From contig CACLRR010000001.1 in assembly GCA_902609415.1 (NCBI GenBank), positions 6,466 to 70,465 of the forward strand: a DNA stretch of 64,000 nt, read 5' to 3'. The translations under genes were made by a program, and so were the position numbers. The notes beneath the pieces were generated by a model, which was not told the origin of the DNA, did not search any database, and saw only the letters and a program-made list of their open reading frames with translations. The number at the start of each line of letters is the position of its first letter. Positions within the stretch are counted from its first letter, which is position 1. This DNA comes from an uncultured Chlamydiae bacterium (lineage in GTDB: Bacteria > Chlamydiota > Chlamydiia > Chlamydiales > CACLRR01). Positions 7,941 to 14,528 of this stretch are shown here, piece by piece.

Positions 7941-8660
7941 ATGAAAAGAATAGTTCAGCTAGCACTTTTCTTTAGCGTTATCTGTACGACAGGCTTTAGT
8001 GCAGAGGCTAAGAGCAGGGCCATAATTAGAAAAACATTAACAAAAACAAATTCTTTAATAGAGGGTTGGTGCTCTCTAGAAAAAGCAAACCTAATGTACG
8101 ATATTATCATTGAAAATCAACCTGAAGTGTGTGTTGAAATTGGTGCATTTGGTGGCGCTTCAATTCTACCTACAGCGCTAGGCCTAAAAGACAATAGGCA
8201 CGGTATTGTGTATGCAATTGATCCTTGGACAAATCTTGCAGCTACAGAATATTACGATGAAGATAATCCCAATCATAAATGGTGGGGATCACTAGACCTA
8301 GAAAGAATCTACCAATCATTTCTATCTCTACAAAAAAACTATGATATAGAACCATTTTGTAAAACTCTAAGAATGACATCAATGGATGCTATCAACCACG
8401 TTCCTAATACTATTGATATCCTCCACATAGACGGTGATCATAATGAAATTTCCGTTTATCAGGAAGTTCAAGCCTACCTTCCAAAAGTTAAAAAGGGTGG
8501 CTATATCTGGATGGATGATGCTAACTGGTGGGAAATGAGAGGAGAAGAGCAATATCACACGATTCATAAATCTCTTAGATACCTAGAAGCTAATGGCTGC
8601 ACACTTATTGCAAGTGTTGATGGTGGAGACTGCCTTCTTTATCAAAAAAATAGTGACTAA
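7941..8660 (+). CDS. Class I SAM-dependent methyltransferase (Methyltransf_24-like) with cleavable signal peptide
   Basis: 239-aa ORF. CVEIGAFGGASILPTALGL (motif I), VYAIDPW, LHIDGDHNEISVYQEVQAYLPKVKKGGYIWMDD. N-terminus MKRIVQLALFFSVICTTGFSA followed by EA. AGGAG lies 6 nt upstream of the ATG. Confidence 0.75.
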   Translation: MKRIVQLALFFSVICTTGFSAEAKSRAIIRKTLTKTNSLIEGWCSLEKANLMYDIIIENQPEVCVEIGAFGGASILPTALGLKDNRHGIVYAIDPWTNLAATEYYDEDNPNHKWWGSLDLERIYQSFLSLQKNYDIEPFCKTLRMTSMDAINHVPNTIDILHIDGDHNEISVYQEVQAYLPKVKKGGYIWMDDANWWEMRGEEQYHTIHKSLRYLEANGCTLIASVDGGDCLLYQKNSD

Positions 8661-8662
8661 TT

Positions 8663-9538
8663 TTAAATTAGTGCTGTGCCGTGATTCACGAATGTTTCAC
8701 GGCTTTTTTGTGTCTGATCGGTAAGCTCTGGATAAAAAGTTAGTCGTCTCATAGTAATCAAAACAACAGTTGAACCGCCAAACGAGAAATAACCCAGCTC
8801 CTGACCTTGGGTGATTTCAGGTGATGTGTAGGTGAGCTTAATAGATGCTACATTAAGAGCCCCTACAATGATTAAGAGATAGGGACCAATTTTTGGTGAA
8901 TTAATCTCAATAAGATGTCTTTTATTGTGGAAAAGAACTTCAGGGTAAGATCGAAGTGCAAGGGGTGAGACAGAATCATATTTTCCACTAATTGCATAAC
9001 TTTTCTCGATCTTTCCTGATATTGGCGCGTGAAATCGATGATAGTCCTGGGGTGCTAAACGAGCAATTACTATAGAACCACTCTTATACTTCTTAGCGCA
9101 CTCAGAATCCCCTAAAAAGGTTTTAAGGGTGTATTCCTGCCCTTTAATCCTTAAGGGCTCATATTGATCAATAGTGTTGTAAAAGAGATATCTGGCGTCT
9201 GCAAATGCTATTACCTCCCCTTTTCCAATAGGTCTTGCATCTGGCTTTAATTTTCGCGTGAAAAAATCGTTAAATGATCTGTATTCCTTCTTTTCTGTAA
9301 TTGTCATATCAACATCATAATCCTTAACAAAATGCGCAATCCATCGTTTGGAAAGCGGTAACTTCTGCCAAAATCCAAACAACCTTGACATCAAGGAATT
9401 TTCACATAACAAAAAACGTATCATACGCGCCGTAAAACTATGCTGGCGATAAAGAAACAGTAAGAAGGATCTACCAATCACTCTCTCATGCACTACTTTT
9501 TTCTGTTCTAAATCATAGATTTCAATCTGCCTAACCAT
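8663..9538 (-). CDS. psd: Phosphatidylserine decarboxylase proenzyme
   Basis: 291-aa ORF. FFTRKLKPDARPI, RLAPQDYHRFHAPISG, and LGYFSFGGSTVV containing the G-S-T self-cleavage region. Confidence 0.9.
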   Translation of the reverse strand: MVRQIEIYDLEQKKVVHERVIGRSFLLFLYRQHSFTARMIRFLLCENSLMSRLFGFWQKLPLSKRWIAHFVKDYDVDMTITEKKEYRSFNDFFTRKLKPDARPIGKGEVIAFADARYLFYNTIDQYEPLRIKGQEYTLKTFLGDSECAKKYKSGSIVIARLAPQDYHRFHAPISGKIEKSYAISGKYDSVSPLALRSYPEVLFHNKRHLIEINSPKIGPYLLIIVGALNVASIKLTYTSPEITQGQELGYFSFGGSTVVLITMRRLTFYPELTDQTQKSRETFVNHGTALI

Positions 9539-9614
9539 AATAAAAGTATAGCCTATTTTTGATAGAAAAGTCTATCTTTACGACTATTAAAAACAAAAGA
9601 AATCCCATGAAACG

Positions 9615-10134
9615 ATGTTAAACAACATACAGATCAAAAGAAAATCACCTCTTTGTCTCCTTATCTTTTCCATCACTCTCTAAACTTAGCGCCTCTGGGC
9701 TCATTGCCCAATCAATAGAGGAAATAACACCTGAGAAAGTTACACAAAGTGAAACTATCAAAGCAGACCAAACACTAAAGTGCGCAGCAGGATTTGACAT
9801 TCCTTTTGGTATTTTAAGATACGCACTAGAATTCCATTTTCTACCCGCATTAAATATCGTTGGAACATTTCAGCCATATCAAGACAACTTCCGGTCTGCA
9901 GGTACCAAACTCTACCTTTCACACCTCAAAAAACCATCTATAAAAAAACGTTGGGAAATCTATCTTTTTCCAAACACTCATAAGGAAGGCCATGCTATTT
10001 ACCTAGGAGGTGAGTATCAACTGTTTGCTCATTCAAGCATCAATATTGATTTTGCAATTGAATACGGCGCCACCAATTTAGAAGGAAACTTCGGTGTTTT
10101 GCTCCGAATTAATGGTAACCTTCTTACCTTCTAA
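9615..10134 (+). pseudogene. Frameshifted small outer-membrane beta-barrel protein gene (or sequencing error)
   Basis: Hand translation. ATG at 9615 gives a signal-like MLNNIQIKRKSPLCLLIFSITL, then a stop at 9681-9683. The +1 frame (9622-10134, 170 codons) is open but has no ATG/GTG/TTG in its first two thirds. It reads ..KLSASGLIAQSIEE..GFDIPFGILRYALEFHF..YLGGEYQLFAHSSINIDFAIEYGATNLEGNFGVLLRINGNLLTF-stop. It shows alternating hydrophobic beta-strand patterns and a terminal Phe, typical of OMP beta-signals. Confidence 0.45.
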
Positions 10135-10145
10135 ATAAACCCCTA

Positions 10146-11507
10146 TTAGCCAGATACAATCGTCTTTATATTTGCAAATTCATGAAGACCCACTTCTCCT
10201 AACTCCCTTCCCCATCCAGAATTTTTTACTCCTCCAAAAGAAATTCGGGGATCAGAACTTACTGCAGTATTAATAGCTACATAACCAGCATCAATTTCCT
10301 TTTCTGCTAATCTCTTTGCCCTTTTAATGTCTTTTGAAAAAATAGCTGCTCCTAAGCCAAACTGTGTATCGTTTGCAATCTTAATCGCATCATCCTCATC
10401 TTTAGCCCTAATCAGTACTACAACAGGACCAAATAACTCTTCAGAATACGCAGGCATAGATGAAGTAACTCCCTCCAGTAACATATGAGGAAAGAAATTG
10501 CCCTCTACTGGTATCTCACCTCTATAAGAACACAATGCTCCCTTTTCTATAGATCCTTCTACCTGCCTTCTTAGCTCGTTTTTTAAATCCTTCCTAGCCA
10601 AAGGACCAATATGAGTCGAAACATCCATAGGATCACCTACTTTGTACTTCTTCATCGCTTCTACCACACAATCCCTAAATTCTTCATAAATACTATCCAC
10701 AATAATTAATCGCTTTGACGCTATACATACTTGCCCTCCACAAAGAAGTCTTCTTTGTATGCAAATCTCCGCAGCCTTTTTGACATCTGCATCATCTAAC
10801 ACTATATATGGATCACTACCTCCAAGCTCTAACACTGTCTTCTTTAAACACTTGCCTGCAAGAGATGCTACCTGCCTTCCTGCATGTTCACTACCGGTAA
10901 AAGTGACCCCTGCAATCTTTGAATGCTCCACTAAATATGTAACCTTCGCACCAGAAACAATCACTGTAGAAAAAAGAGCTTCAGGAAACCCTGCTTGCTT
11001 AAATATTTCTTCAATCAGTAATGCAGATCCAGTAACATTTGATGCATGTTTTAAAATAAAACCATTGCCTACAATCATTGAAGTAACTGCCGCCCTAAAC
11101 ACCTGCCAAAATGGAAAATTCCAAGGCATAATACCCAGAACAACACCAATAGGCTCATAGACAAGATAACCTTCTTGTTTATCAGAAAATACTCTCTTCT
11201 CCTGTAGTAAATTCTCTGCATTTTTTGCAAAGTACCTACAACAACTAACACATTTAGAAATTTCAGCTTCAGCCTCGCTAATGTTTTTGCCCATTTCCCG
11301 AGTAATACTTTCAGCACACTCCCGTTTTCTTGTTTCCAAGATATCCCTAATTTTTTCAAATAATTTCACGCGATCACAAATCATAGATTGCTTCCACCTA
11401 GAAAAAGCATCAGTTGCCCTACTAAGAATATGATCTAATTGACCTTCTGTCATCTCATTATACGTTTCAATAACTTGATTTGTTGCCGGATTAACTGTTT
11501 TAACCAT
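10146..11507 (-). CDS. NAD(P)+-dependent aldehyde dehydrogenase, succinate-semialdehyde dehydrogenase-like
   Basis: 453-aa ORF. FTGSEHAGRQVA, LELGGSDPYIVLDDAD (catalytic Glu), GGQVCIASKRLIV (catalytic Cys), EELFGPV. Confidence 0.9.
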   Translation of the reverse strand: MVKTVNPATNQVIETYNEMTEGQLDHILSRATDAFSRWKQSMICDRVKLFEKIRDILETRKRECAESITREMGKNISEAEAEISKCVSCCRYFAKNAENLLQEKRVFSDKQEGYLVYEPIGVVLGIMPWNFPFWQVFRAAVTSMIVGNGFILKHASNVTGSALLIEEIFKQAGFPEALFSTVIVSGAKVTYLVEHSKIAGVTFTGSEHAGRQVASLAGKCLKKTVLELGGSDPYIVLDDADVKKAAEICIQRRLLCGGQVCIASKRLIIVDSIYEEFRDCVVEAMKKYKVGDPMDVSTHIGPLARKDLKNELRRQVEGSIEKGALCSYRGEIPVEGNFFPHMLLEGVTSSMPAYSEELFGPVVVLIRAKDEDDAIKIANDTQFGLGAAIFSKDIKRAKRLAEKEIDAGYVAINTAVSSDPRISFGGVKNSGWGRELGEVGLHEFANIKTIVSG

Positions 11508-13401
11508 CTACTGTTCTTTGCATCCTTCTTTTGCATACACGCCTAATACACTCTATATCACTTCCCCACAAACTCATAGTGTTATCTCTTATTCTCTCCT
11601 CAATATCCTCAATCGAAATAAACATGTATGGCAGACCTACTATCTGAAGCATGTGCATTTCTAATCGTGAAAGTTGTTTTACATATAATTGACCTACAAC
11701 CCATGCATCATCCGTATTCCGTGGATCATCCTCAACACCACTTTCACCTGAAGACAAACCTACGTGCTCTAAGTTTAGTTGTCCTGAGATTAGATCACTA
11801 ATCGAAGATCTTAATACGTCACTATCCCCTCTCTGCGGAAGGAAATAATAATCACTCATCTTTGAAGGTTTCCCTAAAAGAACGTCCCCTTCAGGCGATT
11901 GCACAACACATATATCAACTTCATTAGGCCCTAAAGAAGGGAGCACTCCTTTACCTTTAACTCCAGTCAATGTTAAGGGGTTCTTCACACCATCACTACT
12001 CCCTGTTCCTGTTTCCAGTGGCTTATACCCATCATCAGTGCCTTTAGAAAATAGTTGCCCCAGAGGATAACGTGGCTTTTCAGTGAATATAATCCGCGAT
12101 AGAGCTGGATTTAAAGTTGTTCTTGCTAGCCTCATATACCGCGTTAATTGTTGTTTTGTCTCCTCAGACAACTTACTCACCTCTCCTTGATAGCTCAATA
12201 AAACCTCACTGTACTCTCTAGATAAATCAGATAAATCTTTATCCAAAACTACAACAGTTTCTAAACACCGCCTATAACATAATAGACTACTTACCATACT
12301 ATGAAATCTTTCCCTGCTGCTTGGGTCTTTTTGCTCAACCCACGCACATTCATTAAGCAATATATTATATAACTGACTCTTCCTTGATAATATTAAACCA
12401 TCTTCATTCAATAGCTTGTCAAAAACTGCACGATCCTCGTCCCTAACAACAACCTCTGCATCATGATTAAATCTTATACCAGATAAAACAGACTTTAATA
12501 TTTCTCTAAGCTCCCCCCCCAAATCCTGATGACTTGTTTGACTAATCTCTAATGCTAAAGCAATTCTCTCATAAAAAGCCCCGTCAAAAGAATAAAATGA
12601 GATCAAACCATGAAATTCTTTCTCAAATAATGGAGATAAATGACACGTTCCAGAAGAACCCGCTGTTATTTTCTTTACCAAACTATAAAAATAAAAAATT
12701 TGCTCATTGTGCCGTCTCAACTCATCAGAATCTATTGTACACGCTTTCTCATACAATTTCCTCGCCACTCTTTCCATGCTGCCATCTTGCGGCGCCAATT
12801 CAGAAAAAGGTTCTAATTGACCTTTTACTAGGCTAGGAACACGACTCATCTCTATACTTCGACCTTCAATTTCATGGAGTAACACCCCTATTCTCAGTCC
12901 CTTCTCTAGATGACGTAATAATACTCCTATCCGATCATAATAATTCACCACTTCGTCTATAAAAGGTGACTTAAGACTTTTCATTATTCTTAATTGGTTT
13001 TTTACCATTTGCATCTTCTCTTCTCTAACTCTCATATCCAATACCTTCTTACCTATACCCAATGAATCTTCTTCTACTTCATCTATTATCCTTATCAAGT
13101 CACAAAGCGAAGAGATAGCCTCTTCCTGCCTCTCTCGAATATATTCTAAATCCATCCGTTCAAAAACTATTTGCATCTCCCTATGCTGCCGCTTTTCTAC
13201 AACTAATATCTCTCTATTGTGGTTAAAAGCTGTTACCTTACCTCTCACATCCCTTAATTTAGGAACACATAATTTTTGACGTAATAAAATAATCCGAGCA
13301 TCTAAATCATTTAGTTTTCTAGTAACCCCATCAAAAAATTGCCCCATCATTCGATTAAATTGCGCAAACTCTACTTCCATCTTAACTCCCCGACTCAACA
13401 C
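11500..13401 (-). CDS. Hypothetical protein (633 aa, Arg/Glu-rich, no TM, no domain recognised)
   Basis: Long ORF; its 3' end overlaps the aldehyde dehydrogenase start by 8 nt. The longest ORF starts at a GTG. The more likely start is the ATG at 13380 (MEVEFAQF..), preceded by GGGGAG. Confidence 0.6.
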   Translation of the reverse strand: MLSRGVKMEVEFAQFNRMMGQFFDGVTRKLNDLDARIILLRQKLCVPKLRDVRGKVTAFNHNREILVVEKRQHREMQIVFERMDLEYIRERQEEAISSLCDLIRIIDEVEEDSLGIGKKVLDMRVREEKMQMVKNQLRIMKSLKSPFIDEVVNYYDRIGVLLRHLEKGLRIGVLLHEIEGRSIEMSRVPSLVKGQLEPFSELAPQDGSMERVARKLYEKACTIDSDELRRHNEQIFYFYSLVKKITAGSSGTCHLSPLFEKEFHGLISFYSFDGAFYERIALALEISQTSHQDLGGELREILKSVLSGIRFNHDAEVVVRDEDRAVFDKLLNEDGLILSRKSQLYNILLNECAWVEQKDPSSRERFHSMVSSLLCYRRCLETVVVLDKDLSDLSREYSEVLLSYQGEVSKLSEETKQQLTRYMRLARTTLNPALSRIIFTEKPRYPLGQLFSKGTDDGYKPLETGTGSSDGVKNPLTLTGVKGKGVLPSLGPNEVDICVVQSPEGDVLLGKPSKMSDYYFLPQRGDSDVLRSSISDLISGQLNLEHVGLSSGESGVEDDPRNTDDAWVVGQLYVKQLSRLEMHMLQIVGLPYMFISIEDIEERIRDNTMSLWGSDIECIRRVCKRRMQRTVDG

Positions 13402-13585
13402 CCTATTATATAATAGAAATAAATTAATAATTAAGTTACTATTATAACTATTTTTATTGACTTTATTTGTTTATTTGTGTAAAAATTTCTAATAAATTAT
13501 AACAAGAAGTAGAATTATATGGAACTGGCTATTAGGCTTAACACTATTTTTAGGCTAAAATCCCTTAAAAAACAAACAGGCCACC

Positions 13586-13909
13586 ATGACAAATGATTCC
13601 TTATGTATTTTTGATGCCTTTCCTGATTCAATAAAATACCCAGTAGCAATCTGCCTGGGCTCCTTATTTCTCGTAGCTGCAATTGCGGATGCTATGAAAA
13701 TAATTTCTAGACACTACTCACAAGAAAAAGAAACCACACCTATACAAGTAGGTCCAGAAGATCCTACCAGAGATCTTGTCGACGAGACTCCAGAAACAGT
13801 TATAGAATTACTTGAAGCACTTGGTGAAAGTAATATTGTCGCAGCAAATCCTTCTAATAGAAAACTAATCTCTAATAATCAGTCATTTACAGAATCTCTA
13901 TATTCATAA
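13586..13909 (+). CDS. Hypothetical small single-pass membrane protein
   Basis: 107-aa ORF with one hydrophobic segment (YPVAICLGSLFLVAAIADAM) and an acidic tail. No SD seen. No homology recognised. Confidence 0.4.
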   Translation: MTNDSLCIFDAFPDSIKYPVAICLGSLFLVAAIADAMKIISRHYSQEKETTPIQVGPEDPTRDLVDETPETVIELLEALGESNIVAANPSNRKLISNNQSFTESLYS

Positions 13910-14153
13910 ATAAGAGTATTTTTTTTTACAGACAATTTCCTAACCTATTTTAAATAAAGTAACGAAAAACTTCATAAACACAATAGATTTAATAAATTGT
14001 GTTAATCATGGGTTGTTATTGGTATTCAATATAAATTATAAAAAATCCTTATATATATATATTAATTATAAAAAAAATTAAAGCAGAGACTATTATGTTA
14101 AAGCCCCTAGTCCTAATACAATCAATGCTACGTCAATAAGCACGCTATCAGCT

Positions 14154-14462
14154 ATGCTAAAATGTACTTCTTTTGAAGAGCTAGCTTCAACCACACTTGT
14201 TGGAGAAGATGGCAATGAAGCTTCCTTATCCCATTTAGAGAAAAGTAGCCCTTCAAATGTGGAAGAAGTAGAAGAGCTATTTAAGTATGCTCTTCAAACA
14301 GAGATGAGTTTTCTAGATTCTGTTATTCTCAATTTAGATGGCTCTATCCATAAAATAAATAGAGAAGAGCTAACACCTGAGTTCTTAAAATCCCTTGTTG
14401 ATAAATCTGTTAAAGGTATTTTTATCAATATGCGCGTAGATACTGGATGTTATGGCTCTTAA
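14154..14462 (+). CDS. Hypothetical small acidic protein
   Basis: 102-aa ORF rich in Glu/Asp/Ser, followed by a strong hairpin. No homology recognised. Confidence 0.4.
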   Translation: MLKCTSFEELASTTLVGEDGNEASLSHLEKSSPSNVEEVEELFKYALQTEMSFLDSVILNLDGSIHKINREELTPEFLKSLVDKSVKGIFINMRVDTGCYGS

Positions 14463-14481
14463 TAATTAACCTCTACTCTGA

Positions 14482-14507
14482 TTCAGGCTCTTTTTAGAGC
14501 CTGAATA
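14482..14507. terminator. Bidirectional intrinsic terminator-like hairpin
   Basis: Perfect 11-bp stem attcaggctct (14482-14492) / agagcctgaat (14497-14507) with a tttt loop. A T-rich tract follows (cccttattttta). It lies between the stops of 14154..14462(+) and 14529..17114(-). Confidence 0.6.
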
Positions 14508-14528
14508 CCCTTATTTTTATAGATCACC

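Noticed and set aside
8679-8708. ccgtga..tcacgg hairpin followed by cttttttg, inside the 3' end of psd, as a terminator for 7941..8660
   Set aside because: The stem is only 6 bp with a 12-nt loop and lies inside a coding region, which is a chance-level structure. Weak AT-rich hairpins after rho (54302-54333) and eno (about 62067-62097) were rejected for the same reason.
10759-11160. 133-aa ORF antisense to the aldehyde dehydrogenase gene. The same class includes 28139..28606, 18784..19152, 34026..34337, 42343..42756, 42393..42671, 46319..46657, 49192..49527 and 60214..60606.
   Set aside because: All lie entirely inside, and antisense to, long ORFs with strong family motifs. Their products are low-complexity or Ser/Pro/Arg-rich with no motifs. 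These are typical shadow ORFs.
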